The position numbers were made by a program, and so were the translations under genes. A stretch of 64,000 bases of DNA from Obrimoposthia wandeli. Lineage: Eukaryota. Below the pieces are notes generated by a model. It had not been told where the DNA came from, made no database searches, and saw only the letters and a list, made by a program, of their open reading frames with translations. The stretch's first letter is position 1. Every line of letters begins with the position of its first letter. Shown piece after piece: positions 16,300 to 26,590 of the stretch. The stretch spans positions 62,001 to 126,000 of the forward strand of contig CDROCS010000998.1 of assembly GCA_977020255.1 (NCBI GenBank), read 5' to 3'.

Positions 16300-18282
16300 T
16301 TATTGTGCGCGATTAAACGTAACCACTTCGTAGTTTAATGGCATAACTGTTTGACGCTCTGCCGCAATGTAATCAATCATCGCTTGAGCATCGGTATTAC
16401 ACACAGTGTTCGCCGCTTTACAATTAGGCGCAGCACCTTGGTAATTTACTTTGTATTTATTACCTACTTTCGCAATATTTTTCACATCAAAGCCTGTTAA
16501 CTTACCATCAACATAAGCTAAATCGACACGACCAGAGCTGTTCTTCTGTGCTTCATACAGTGGTGTCCAACCATCGTTACCCGTTGCGTTGTAATTATTC
16601 AGCGCAATGTTGTATACCTTGTTATTATCAATTTTCGTCCACACTGGGTTTGCTTCTGTGCCTGTCATTAGTTCAACAGCATCAAGCTTGCCCGCTTCTT
16701 GCGCTTTCGTTTCAGTAAAGCTGTAACGAATATGACCGCCATATGGGAACTTACCCGCGTGTGAGCCTTCAGGTAACGTTGCGGATACTGTGCTGTCGAT
16801 TAATGCTTTAATCGTACTACCTTTAACGGGCAGTACCGACATGAAGTTAGAAAATGGCAACATTTCTAACGACACATTACCTTCACGGTATTCACCCGCT
16901 TCAATGTTTGTTCTAATACCACCAGCACCAATCAGTGAAAAATCCACCTTCATGCCAGTCACTTTTTGTACCGCTGCTGTATTCGCCCAATAGTACTGGC
17001 CTTCAGCAATTAAAGGCGCAACATCTGAACCGTGTTTGTCGGTACCACGATCGCCAGGACGACGCTCATGAATCAACTCAACAGGTACTTGCGCGATTGT
17101 TTTACCATATGCCTTATCAACAGCAGGCTTATATTTAACATCGATTAAATTACGCATGTTTGCATCTTCATTCGTAATTTCGATGTTATCTTCTTGCTCA
17201 ATAAACTCAACAACACGCTGCGTTGCTGCGGCATCAAACTTTTCATTTGTTTGGCGTGCAGGCTGAGTATAAAACTCATCATTGCTTAGTAATGTATTTT
17301 TACCATTACAGTTAACAACATCACCTTGCTGATTAAAACCGACTTGCAGACGACCAATTGCTTGAGCATATTGACCCGCCTGAACAACACACGTTTGCCC
17401 TACACCATTGGGATTTTTCACCAATTGCGCATAGATGCCGTCATTGTTCAAACCTAAGTTAGTAAAATCGCCTAATAATGTATGTGAGTGACCACCTACA
17501 ATCAGATCGATACCGTTTACTTTTGACGCGATATCCACATCAACTGAATTACCAATATGTGTTACTGCAACGATATTATTAATACCTTTGGCTTTTAACA
17601 TATCAACGGTCGTCTGCGCAGATTCAACCATATTAAAGAACTGCACATCACCCGTGTTGGGTGAAATATTGGCCATATCATCTAATGCGATACCGAATAC
17701 CGCGACCAGATCTTTGTCGGTTGGTAATTTATCTAGATCATCAACAACCGTTTTCTGATTACCATCAAATGCATAAACCATAAATGGACGTAGGTTAGTT
17801 TGATCTTTTAGATCAGCATCTTCGCTAGCATCAATGTTTGCCGCTAAAACAGGAAAATTAATACTGCCAATGAATTCATTTAATTTTTTGTTATTCAAAT
17901 CAAATTCATGGTTGCCCAATGCCATTGCATCAATACCCATTTTACTAAGTAATTCAGCATTCATTGCACCTTGGTTTAGCTTAAAATAAGCACTACCCTG
18001 CCATGCATCACCACCATGTAAAAACAAGAAGCTGTCATTTTTTTGCTTCGCATCTTGCTGGTATTCATCGGCCATTGTCAGTAAGCGCGGGTACCCACCG
18101 AACTCGTTATAGACTTTATCGCCGTTCGCTTCAAAGCTCGATTTAACAGGATCAAAGTTAGAGTGAGTATCGTTAATATGTGCCACTGTTAAATTAAATA
18201 CAGCGTCAGGTTGAGAACTTTGTGAGCAGCCAGCAAGAATTAAGGCAACAGATAATGCTGTTAGTGGCTTGAAAAACGTCAT
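16300..18282 (-). CDS. 5'-nucleotidase / bifunctional metallophosphoesterase lipoprotein
   Basis: Lipobox LAGC; HINDTH, GGDAWQG, GNHEF, GGHSH metallophosphoesterase motifs; C-terminal 5'-NT domain. Confidence 0.92.
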   Translation of the reverse strand: MTFFKPLTALSVALILAGCSQSSQPDAVFNLTVAHINDTHSNFDPVKSSFEANGDKVYNEFGGYPRLLTMADEYQQDAKQKNDSFLFLHGGDAWQGSAYFKLNQGAMNAELLSKMGIDAMALGNHEFDLNNKKLNEFIGSINFPVLAANIDASEDADLKDQTNLRPFMVYAFDGNQKTVVDDLDKLPTDKDLVAVFGIALDDMANISPNTGDVQFFNMVESAQTTVDMLKAKGINNIVAVTHIGNSVDVDIASKVNGIDLIVGGHSHTLLGDFTNLGLNNDGIYAQLVKNPNGVGQTCVVQAGQYAQAIGRLQVGFNQQGDVVNCNGKNTLLSNDEFYTQPARQTNEKFDAAATQRVVEFIEQEDNIEITNEDANMRNLIDVKYKPAVDKAYGKTIAQVPVELIHERRPGDRGTDKHGSDVAPLIAEGQYYWANTAAVQKVTGMKVDFSLIGAGGIRTNIEAGEYREGNVSLEMLPFSNFMSVLPVKGSTIKALIDSTVSATLPEGSHAGKFPYGGHIRYSFTETKAQEAGKLDAVELMTGTEANPVWTKIDNNKVYNIALNNYNATGNDGWTPLYEAQKNSSGRVDLAYVDGKLTGFDVKNIAKVGNKYKVNYQGAAPNCKAANTVCNTDAQAMIDYIAAERQTVMPLNYEVVTFNRAQ

Positions 18283-18620
18283 TCACTTTCCTTTATAATC
18301 GGTTTGAGAAGATTTATATACAAAAATGCCTCGCAGCAGCGAGGCGCAGGCACTATAGCCAATATTTTTTTACCGCGCAAACGCTTGCGGTTATTCCTTG
18401 TACGGAAAGAGAATATTCTTTTTATGCCTTTAAAAACTGAGATCTCACCGAGTAAATTTAAATTAAAGTGAATCAATTTTTATAAATACCTATTTCTGTT
18501 GAAAATATTACGTTTACCGCAACAAACATTCTTATAAACAAAATATAAAACAACGTGCAATTATTTGTTGAATATTGTTCTATTGATATTTATGATGACT
18601 CCATCTTTAGATAAATAACA

Positions 18621-19286
18621 ATGATGACAATGAAACGATTATTTTTAGCAGCAATCGCACTAACTAGTCTTACCGCCAATGCCACTCAATCTTACTCTTT
18701 CCTTTCTGGTGGCTATCAATTCACCCGTGTTGCTGAAAATGGCATGGGACAATATTTTGCTGACAAATACAACAATAGTGACGACAGCAAATATTTACAT
18801 GGGTTGTACTTTCGCGGCAGCTGGAATTTTTACGACCACTTTTTTGCAGAATACCGCACTGGCGCCACTACCCGCTCTTCATCAACACTTGCTCAAGACT
18901 ACCTCGCTCTGGGCTACTACATTCCCCTAGCGGCTAAAACTAGCGTGTATGCATCGATGGGCTATTCCGGCTACAGCGCGGAACGAGATATCAACGCTGG
19001 CTGTGGTCTGTTAGACAACGATAAAGAATGTAAAAAACGCTCATTCAGCCAAGATGGTAGCGGATTATCTGCAGAATTAGGATTACGCTTCAAACCATTA
19101 CGTTGGCTACAAATAGAACCGTCATACCGCTATGCCGATTTTGGTAGCAAAGGGCAACATGAACTGCGCCTAACCAACTTAATCGAATTCACACAACACT
19201 CAGCATTAGAGTTAAATGCAGGTTACCGCCATTGGGATAACCTAGATGAAACCAATTACCAAGTCGGCTATCGCTACAGCTTCTAA
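18621..19286 (+). CDS. Outer-membrane beta-barrel protein
   Basis: Signal peptide, alternating aromatic strands, C-terminal YRYSF. Confidence 0.8.
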   Translation: MMTMKRLFLAAIALTSLTANATQSYSFLSGGYQFTRVAENGMGQYFADKYNNSDDSKYLHGLYFRGSWNFYDHFFAEYRTGATTRSSSTLAQDYLALGYYIPLAAKTSVYASMGYSGYSAERDINAGCGLLDNDKECKKRSFSQDGSGLSAELGLRFKPLRWLQIEPSYRYADFGSKGQHELRLTNLIEFTQHSALELNAGYRHWDNLDETNYQVGYRYSF

Positions 19287-19479
19287 CGCCGATTGAATAA
19301 CAGCAGGTAACAAAACTTTATGCCGACCATTTGTGTTGCACAGACAATGTGAAGGCTAAAATTTGTTACCGCTCAATTTACTATATGTTTTATCTACGTA
19401 TTCATGGTTAATGGTTTAGAATCAAGCAAACGGAATTTGCTATTTTATAGCTAGAAGAACCCCTTATGGGCGAGTTTTC

Positions 19480-22400
19480 TTGGGTATATTAATCATGATG
19501 AGTGGAGTACTAAAAAGGGTGAAGTTCGATTATCGTCACAATGTAGAATTAGCACACGCCTCAAAAACGCCAAGAAAGCCGTATCGACTTATGCTTTCTG
19601 CCGCATTAATGAGTAGCTGCATGTTCAACCCATCAGCACAAGCCGATCTTGGTAGTACACCTATCGTTGGCGCTTTCTATAATTCCACTCAGATCATTAA
19701 AGATAAAATATATTCGGGTATCAATAAGACGGCTGTCACCACCCGTGATGCCACCTTATTTACGATTGGTGGCGTCACTTTAGATGCCTACATACTAACG
19801 CTTCCACTTGATGCTAAAGTAAAAGCACGTGTCATCAGTCGCTTAACGAACCCTTTATACTCAATACAGCTTGGGCACTTCTTGTATATGTTTTACGACC
19901 GCTATACAGGGTTAGAAAACACAGATATATTCAAAGACTATCTACAAACGGTATACACAGAACAAGTTCTAAAGCAGTACGAACACTCATTATTGAGCTA
20001 CGATAAACCCGATCTAAACCCAATGGAGACATCCGATAATACGGCTAAAAATACAGGTTTATCATTTAATAATCAGTTCATCGCATCAATGGTCACCATT
20101 TACGATACCCTGTTTAATAACGATGAATGGTTATTGAGTAACAATCTGCCTGAACACTACACTTACCTAACTAAAAGCCCTGATGATCTAACCCTTATTA
20201 ATACGATTCAAGCGTTAATTATTGAGTTAATGGCGCAATACAGCCAATCGATAGAAGACGGTGAAATTAAAGCTGCCATCATGGCTATTATTGATGATGC
20301 CAAACCAGAAAACACCCATAAGCCGAATAATAAAGCCCAAGCAATCACTATTACATTGGTCGATTTTGTCCGCTTAAATGTTTTAAAAGGTTACCGACAA
20401 TATTCATTAGAACAGCACCGTATCGATGCTTTCAGCCATTGGATGAAAAATACATTCAATCAAAACCCGTCTGAGCTGATTCAATTTCTACAGAGCCAAA
20501 ATAATAAACGCTATGGGGTACAAATAACGGTCGATGGTTTACAACAAGGCATGCTCAAAGCGCTGGCAGGCAACAACTCACCGACTCAATCGTATAATCC
20601 ATTTATTGACCATGCCTACGCTACGCACCTCAACGCTATTCAATACAAGCCAACACACGAAGAAACGATTCAACCTGAACATCAACAACAGTTGGATTAT
20701 TTAACATCGTTAGCAACAAATAGCCCATCAGTAACAAACGATGCGCATTACTTACCGTTCTTCAAATCCCTCTATAAAAACTATTCTCGTAGTATTGCTG
20801 AAACCGGCATTTCATCGACACCGACGATCAGCGTACGAAACCTGCCAATTATCATGACAGGGGCAAATGTGGCAGGTAATGGCGGCACAGGCATCCCTAA
20901 CTTTCACTTTGTTGACCGTGAAATAGATCGTGCCTATTACTTCTTCGGTAACGATGCTTTGCAACTCGATCGTCTAATAGAAAATAATCATGTACAAACC
21001 ATGTTTGATCGCCTTAATTACCTAAAAACCCTGAACTGTAATGCGCAATACGATTGGAACGCACAAGTCAGTTATGATGGATTAATCAACCTCGCCGTCG
21101 GTGAAGCCACACGTGATTTTGGTGAACAACGCTGTTTACGTGAACTCACTAACCGTGCAGGCGTTGAGAAAGAACTAAAAGCAGCAAGATCGGCCTTGAT
21201 CAAACAGATCAACAATTACCAAGACATTAGCCTATGGACACCGCTCACCCGTATTACCAAGAAAAAGTACATTAATGAACAGATTGCCCAGTTAGCACAA
21301 CGTGATGAACAGGGAATGCCCGATTACACACTGATCTATAATCCATGGCCGGATCACTTTGCCCACTTCACTGGCCCTTTCAGTGACGAAGTCATTGCGC
21401 CCACAGGGGAATTAAACCGCCTCGATTACTGGTTAACACAATTTACTCAAACCTATAAAGATGCGGGCATTTATGATCAAACATTGTGGGGAATGGCGGG
21501 CGATCATGGATTAACGCCCGTTTTCTATGCGTTAAACCCTGAAAAACAAGTGCTAGAGCAACTCGAAAAAGACTACGGCATTAGCTTAAAAATAGAAAAA
21601 ATATCATCCGATGAAGGCGAAGGACCAAAGATAACCAATGCACTGAACTACCCAAGCAATAAGGGTATCGATGTTGTGGTCGCCTCTACCGCTGGTGGAA
21701 ATTTCATGATGGATTTTTTTAACTCAGCGCAGGGTTGGTCATTCCAACCTCATTACAACGAATTAACGCAATGGCGACCGCTAGGTAGCACAGTTAAAGA
21801 TAAATCCATCGATATGATCAGCGAGATCAGTGATCGCTTAAATGAAACCCTCGACTATCTTGTGGTACGAGAAAGTAACTGCAACCTCAATCGTTGTAGT
21901 ATTCGTATTGTCGCTCACCGCGATGGCAAACGTATTGACGAAAATATTCAGCGTGAGGGAGAACATGCTTTTTATTCCTCATTCGACAATAGCAACATAC
22001 CGCAATTGCTCGACATTGAGTCTACCAATCCTTATACCCGAGCATTAACCCCGCAAGAACATTACGAAAAACAAAAGCTTATTAAAATGTGCATCACAGA
22101 CGCACAAGAAAACGATACTGATACCTGGTGTAATCAAAAGCAATGGCGACAACTCACCAGTATGACGCCACGGCCTGATTCAGTGAATCAGCTCGCCCAT
22201 CTTTATGATGAAGATCGCGCAGGCACCGTTAATCTATTTCCCAAAGAAGGCATTGGTTATAATACCATAGTGCCAGGGCGACATGCTGGTGAACACTACC
22301 TTGAAAAAGATGCATTTATTGGTTTCTGGGGCGCGCCCGTCGGTAATGGCGAACAACTAAAATCGGTGGCTAATGGCTCACTCGCTCCCACAATTTATCA

Positions 22401-22485
22401 ATACATCACACGCGAAAACGTGGTTGTAGGGGCAAACGGTTGGGGGTTTCCATCAGTATTACCTGAACTGGCAATAAAACCGTAA
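19480..22485 (+). CDS. Large secreted alkaline-phosphatase-superfamily (nucleotide pyrophosphatase/phosphodiesterase-like) protein
   Basis: TVDGLQ, STPTISVRN (Thr nucleophile type), WPDHFAH, GDHG and HAGE metal ligands; ~340-aa unassigned N-terminal region; start codon uncertain. Confidence 0.8.
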   Translation: MGILIMMSGVLKRVKFDYRHNVELAHASKTPRKPYRLMLSAALMSSCMFNPSAQADLGSTPIVGAFYNSTQIIKDKIYSGINKTAVTTRDATLFTIGGVTLDAYILTLPLDAKVKARVISRLTNPLYSIQLGHFLYMFYDRYTGLENTDIFKDYLQTVYTEQVLKQYEHSLLSYDKPDLNPMETSDNTAKNTGLSFNNQFIASMVTIYDTLFNNDEWLLSNNLPEHYTYLTKSPDDLTLINTIQALIIELMAQYSQSIEDGEIKAAIMAIIDDAKPENTHKPNNKAQAITITLVDFVRLNVLKGYRQYSLEQHRIDAFSHWMKNTFNQNPSELIQFLQSQNNKRYGVQITVDGLQQGMLKALAGNNSPTQSYNPFIDHAYATHLNAIQYKPTHEETIQPEHQQQLDYLTSLATNSPSVTNDAHYLPFFKSLYKNYSRSIAETGISSTPTISVRNLPIIMTGANVAGNGGTGIPNFHFVDREIDRAYYFFGNDALQLDRLIENNHVQTMFDRLNYLKTLNCNAQYDWNAQVSYDGLINLAVGEATRDFGEQRCLRELTNRAGVEKELKAARSALIKQINNYQDISLWTPLTRITKKKYINEQIAQLAQRDEQGMPDYTLIYNPWPDHFAHFTGPFSDEVIAPTGELNRLDYWLTQFTQTYKDAGIYDQTLWGMAGDHGLTPVFYALNPEKQVLEQLEKDYGISLKIEKISSDEGEGPKITNALNYPSNKGIDVVVASTAGGNFMMDFFNSAQGWSFQPHYNELTQWRPLGSTVKDKSIDMISEISDRLNETLDYLVVRESNCNLNRCSIRIVAHRDGKRIDENIQREGEHAFYSSFDNSNIPQLLDIESTNPYTRALTPQEHYEKQKLIKMCITDAQENDTDTWCNQKQWRQLTSMTPRPDSVNQLAHLYDEDRAGTVNLFPKEGIGYNTIVPGRHAGEHYLEKDAFIGFWGAPVGNGEQLKSVANGSLAPTIYQYITRENVVVGANGWGFPSVLPELAIKP

Positions 22486-22519
22486 AGTTACGGTATTGAA
22501 AACAGATGATTAAATGCAA

Positions 22520-22544
22520 AAACAGCCCGACATACGGGCTGTTT
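22520..22544. terminator. Bidirectional terminator between the phosphodiesterase gene and atoE
   Basis: AAACAGCCCG-ACATA-CGGGCTGTTT between convergent genes. Confidence 0.75.
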
Positions 22545-22603
22545 AATTGGCTCATCTAATCTTAGAGGTTCTTAGAATAGAGAACTTAATAGCCTAAATA
22601 ACG

Positions 22604-23983
22604 CTACAGAAGTAAAAGACCTAATGAAATAATAAGCCCTGATGCAAGTAACGCTACAATACAAAAGCCCATAATATCTTTCGCATTCAACCCAGCAATA
22701 CTCAATGCAGGCAATGCCCAAAATGGTTGTATCATATTTGTCCAGGCATCTCCCCAAGCTATAGCCATTGCTGTTTTAGCAGCAGGTACACCTAACTCTA
22801 AACCTGCAGGCATCATAATGGGTGCTTGAACGGCCCACTGACCACCTCCCGATGGTACAAAAAAGTTAACTAAGCCAGCACTAAGAAATGTGAAGAGTGG
22901 GAAAGTATGTTCATTCGAAATAGATACAAACATATCAGACATCGCACCCGCCAAAGAAATACCCTCTGGCCCTTTCGCGACCATCATTCCCATGATCCCT
23001 GCATAAAAAGGAAATTGAAGTAATATGCCAGTTGTATTCTTTGTTCCATCAGCTACCGCTTTAATCAATTTAGCGGGTGTACCATGCAACAAAATAGCGG
23101 TGAACAGAAAGATAAAATTCACGATATTAAGGTTTAAAGCAAAGCCATTTTTTATAAAATAACTGGCAATATAAACACCACCTAACAGAGCTAGTAATCG
23201 GTTAATCCAAGGGCTATGTTCTAGTTTTTCAGCTGGCGTCGATGGTATGAAATCATCATCAACAGTGTCTTTTTCCAGCAGCTTCGCTGGAATTGCGAAT
23301 ACATCTTCTGCTGATGGATGCATTGCTTTGTTCAACAATGGAATAGTAATTAACATCGCAAATAAGATAATGAGGTTCATACTCGAAAATATGGTCTCAC
23401 TTGTTCCTATTGCTTCCATTACAGCGCCTGCAGTCACCGCATCTAAGTTGCTGCCACTGGCTAGTGCTAATGGCACAGAACCCGATAAACCAGCATGCCA
23501 AAACAAAAAACCTGTATAGGCCGATGCAATCAACAACCGATAGTCGACACCTTTTACCCTTATTGCCAACTCTTTCGCGAAGATAGCACCAACAACTAAG
23601 CCAAATCCCCAATTTATCCAACATGCTATAGCAGAGACAACACTTACAATAAGAATGGCGTGAGCGGGGGTTTTAGCCACCGTAGCAAGGCGAGCTAAAC
23701 CGCGTTTAAAAACAGGTGCCGATGCCATTGCATGACCTGTTACTACCACTAATGCCATCTGCATAGCAAAGGTTAACAACGCCCAAAAGCCACCAGCAAA
23801 AGCATCAACCATTTGAATTGGACTTTGCTGTGTAACGGGGATCGCGACAATAAACACAGCAAAAGTAAGTAATGCTGCAAATATAAAAGGATCAGGTAAA
23901 TAGCGTTGCACAATTGCCGTACACAGTGACGAAAATCGTTGTAAGAATGAATGATTTTGATAGGTAGCCGTATTAGTTGACAT
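22604..23983 (-). CDS. atoE: Short-chain fatty acid transporter
   Basis: RYLPDPFIFA, FAMQMALVVVTGHAMA, WHAGLSGSVPL, PSGGGQWAVQ, WGDAWTNMIQPFWALP. Confidence 0.93.
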   Translation of the reverse strand: MSTNTATYQNHSFLQRFSSLCTAIVQRYLPDPFIFAALLTFAVFIVAIPVTQQSPIQMVDAFAGGFWALLTFAMQMALVVVTGHAMASAPVFKRGLARLATVAKTPAHAILIVSVVSAIACWINWGFGLVVGAIFAKELAIRVKGVDYRLLIASAYTGFLFWHAGLSGSVPLALASGSNLDAVTAGAVMEAIGTSETIFSSMNLIILFAMLITIPLLNKAMHPSAEDVFAIPAKLLEKDTVDDDFIPSTPAEKLEHSPWINRLLALLGGVYIASYFIKNGFALNLNIVNFIFLFTAILLHGTPAKLIKAVADGTKNTTGILLQFPFYAGIMGMMVAKGPEGISLAGAMSDMFVSISNEHTFPLFTFLSAGLVNFFVPSGGGQWAVQAPIMMPAGLELGVPAAKTAMAIAWGDAWTNMIQPFWALPALSIAGLNAKDIMGFCIVALLASGLIISLGLLLL

Positions 23984-24428
23984 AACTTGCTCCGGACTAT
24001 TTTTATAAAAATCGAGGGAATATTGCCGTCAATCCCTGACATTAAAAATTAAAGGTTGAAGAAGATTGAGAGTTTACCTGATTAAAATTCAATCTATCGA
24101 TAGCCAAAAATAGGAAGCGGATTTGCAAATATGAACACAACGAAACGCGTTATCTTAAAATAAGCGATGATCACTTATTCCATTACAACATCCAGATAAT
24201 CGTTACAAATATCCCTGTATTTTAAAATATAAAACTACTGACCACGCTTAGAACGTAACTAGATCTCAAGTAATGCCTCGCTGATATTTATAGAAATATT
24301 GATCGTCGTTTCATTCTTGAAAATTGAGCTTTCACTCAAAAAACTATCTATTTCATCGATTCAGATTGATTATACGTCTCGGAAGTTCGTTCTCCTCGTC
24401 TTAGAGGCTACACTCAGCAAGGTGAAAA

Positions 24429-24587
24429 ATGAAAAAATCAATCATATATCCACTCGTTGCATTCGCTGCTGTCGCGTTAGGTACTCATGCTCTTAACCAT
24501 AATTGGTTTTCCGATATAGAAGTCTCGTTCATGCTCTTACTGATTCCGGTAAGCACAATCATCGCTTCGGAACTGTTGAAAGCATAA
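24429..24587 (+). CDS. Unannotated 52-aa small membrane protein
   Basis: AAGGTG RBS; MKKSIIYPLVAFAAVALGTHALNHNWFSDIEVSFMLLLIPVSTIIASELLKA*; two hydrophobic segments. Below the ORF-track size cut-off. Confidence 0.6.
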   Translation: MKKSIIYPLVAFAAVALGTHALNHNWFSDIEVSFMLLLIPVSTIIASELLKA

Positions 24588-24982
24588 ACAACACCCCTGC
24601 TATACGTTCATAACCGCAACATGTAGAAATGTAGCCCTGCCAATAAAAGACAGCCCTACAAAGTATTGGAGACATGAAGCTATGTTAAATGAACTGTTTT
24701 TTGTATGAGATTACATTTATCATGTAATCTCACACAACCCCAAAAATTATAAATAATGTAGAAACATCCGATCTAATCCATCACTAATCTATAGTTAACG
24801 ACAGCCTTCCTGCTTTGTCCTGTTTAGATCAACGTAAACACCCCACCAAAACCGACACTATCACCACCAGTGCTACCTCCTGCGCCAGAGAATCAGGTTG
24901 TACTAACAGTCGTTATTTAACGCGTAGGAATGCTTCTTAAGATAATACTGTTTGATGCAATTGTGCTTGTAAGGAACATATT

Positions 24983-25011
24983 AAAAAGCCAATCTAAATA
25001 AATAGATTGGC
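24983..25011 (-). terminator. Terminator of hcp-hcr
   Basis: Minus strand GCCAATCTA-TTTATT-TAGATTGGC-TTTTT. Confidence 0.75.
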
Positions 25012-25050
25012 CATGATAATTGAACTCATTGGTGATGAAATGATTGAGTG

Positions 25051-26412
25051 TTAGCTGAGTGCTACAGCGACATCTTCCTCAACGGTACTTGAACAGGCTA
25101 ATACAAACCCTTGCGCAATTTCTTCTGCGGTAAGCGTTTCAGTACTGGTCGACTTTACTGAGCCTTTGGTTACTTTGCACTTACACGATCCACAAACACC
25201 TGCGCGGCAAGCGCCAATAATAGGCACACCATTATTTTCTAATACTTCTAATAATGATGAACCTTGTGCTACTTCAGTTTCTACTGAAAAGTCAGGAACG
25301 TGCAACATCACACTGGCTGTAGAAGCGTCTGATGAGATCTGATCTTGTTGCTCGTTATTTGCAGCAGGGGTAAAGCTTTCTTGAAAGAAGTTGGCCATAT
25401 CGAAATCACTTTCTTGAGCAATATTCTCTACCGCTTTCATAAAGCCAACAGGACCGCACAGGAAGATAGTTCGTTCTTTCAGATCAGGGTATAGCTGTTG
25501 AATAACGTCTGAACTCACCATGCCAGTTTGATGTGACAAAGCACTGCTATCCGTCTTTTTATTAGCACTGTCATCAGCACTAAAACTAGCAAAACCTTCA
25601 CTATTTTCTAACAGTAATTGCACGTTAAAGTGTTTATGCTGAGCAAGTAATGCCTTCATTTCATCATGGAAGATAACGTTGTCTTTGTCTCGGGCACAAT
25701 GTAAGAATTCAATATCAGTATCGCTATCATGCGTTAACAATGTTTTGGCTATCGACATGACGGGGGTAATACCACAACCCGCACTGATAAGCAGTAGTTT
25801 AGGCTTGTGCTTGCAATCACTGCTATTAAATTGACCCGCAATGTTTAATGCTGACAAGCTATCGCCAATATTTAGATGGTCTGCAAGCCAGTTAGACACT
25901 AAGCCATCTGGTACGCGTTTAATGGTTAAGCGTAATTGTTTTTGTTGTGGTACAGAGCTAATTGAATAAGCACGATAATGCGTTTTGTTATCTATTTTGA
26001 CTGCTAATGTCACGAACTGACCGGGCTTAAAATCAAACAATGTTTCATCGGCGGCTGCAAAGGTAAAGCTCATCGAGTCATGTGTTTCTTCTTCACGTTT
26101 AACTAAGATTAACGCTGTTGTTGAAGGTGACCATGACGCTGGTTTTTTAATAGCATTTGCGGTTGATTCGCCAAGAGAGAGTGCAGCCAACTTTGGTTTA
26201 GTAAATAGCGGCTTTGCAAATGTTTTTGTGGTGTCTGATTTAGCTGTATTCTGTGAATCACCACCGAGTGAAAAACTAAGCTTAGGAGTCGATAGCTTTG
26301 GTGATGAAGGTTTTGTTGATTGACCAAGACCTGAACTATTTAGTTTAAGTGGCTTAAAAGCCGGTGCTGATAGTGTTGATGAAGGCGTTTTCGACGAAGA
26401 CATTATTTGCAC
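25051..26412 (-). CDS. hcr: NADH oxidoreductase for hybrid-cluster protein (FAD/NAD + 2Fe-2S) with long N-terminal low-complexity extension
   Basis: RAYSISS, AGCGITP, CGP..FM, CRAGVCGSC...C; directly downstream of hcp. Confidence 0.9.
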   Translation of the reverse strand: MQIMSSSKTPSSTLSAPAFKPLKLNSSGLGQSTKPSSPKLSTPKLSFSLGGDSQNTAKSDTTKTFAKPLFTKPKLAALSLGESTANAIKKPASWSPSTTALILVKREEETHDSMSFTFAAADETLFDFKPGQFVTLAVKIDNKTHYRAYSISSVPQQKQLRLTIKRVPDGLVSNWLADHLNIGDSLSALNIAGQFNSSDCKHKPKLLLISAGCGITPVMSIAKTLLTHDSDTDIEFLHCARDKDNVIFHDEMKALLAQHKHFNVQLLLENSEGFASFSADDSANKKTDSSALSHQTGMVSSDVIQQLYPDLKERTIFLCGPVGFMKAVENIAQESDFDMANFFQESFTPAANNEQQDQISSDASTASVMLHVPDFSVETEVAQGSSLLEVLENNGVPIIGACRAGVCGSCKCKVTKGSVKSTSTETLTAEEIAQGFVLACSSTVEEDVAVALS

Positions 26413-26590
26413 CCATGGCTGTAATAATTAAAGGTTGAATGTGTAAAGAGGGGGAATGAGCATTGATTAAAGTCGAACGATGTTTAATAACATGTTGAAC
26501 GTCTTTAACCAATGCTGCATATGATCGCTATTTATTAACGAGATTGTTAGTGAGCACTATTTATTAACAAGTGCTATTTGTTAGCCAATA

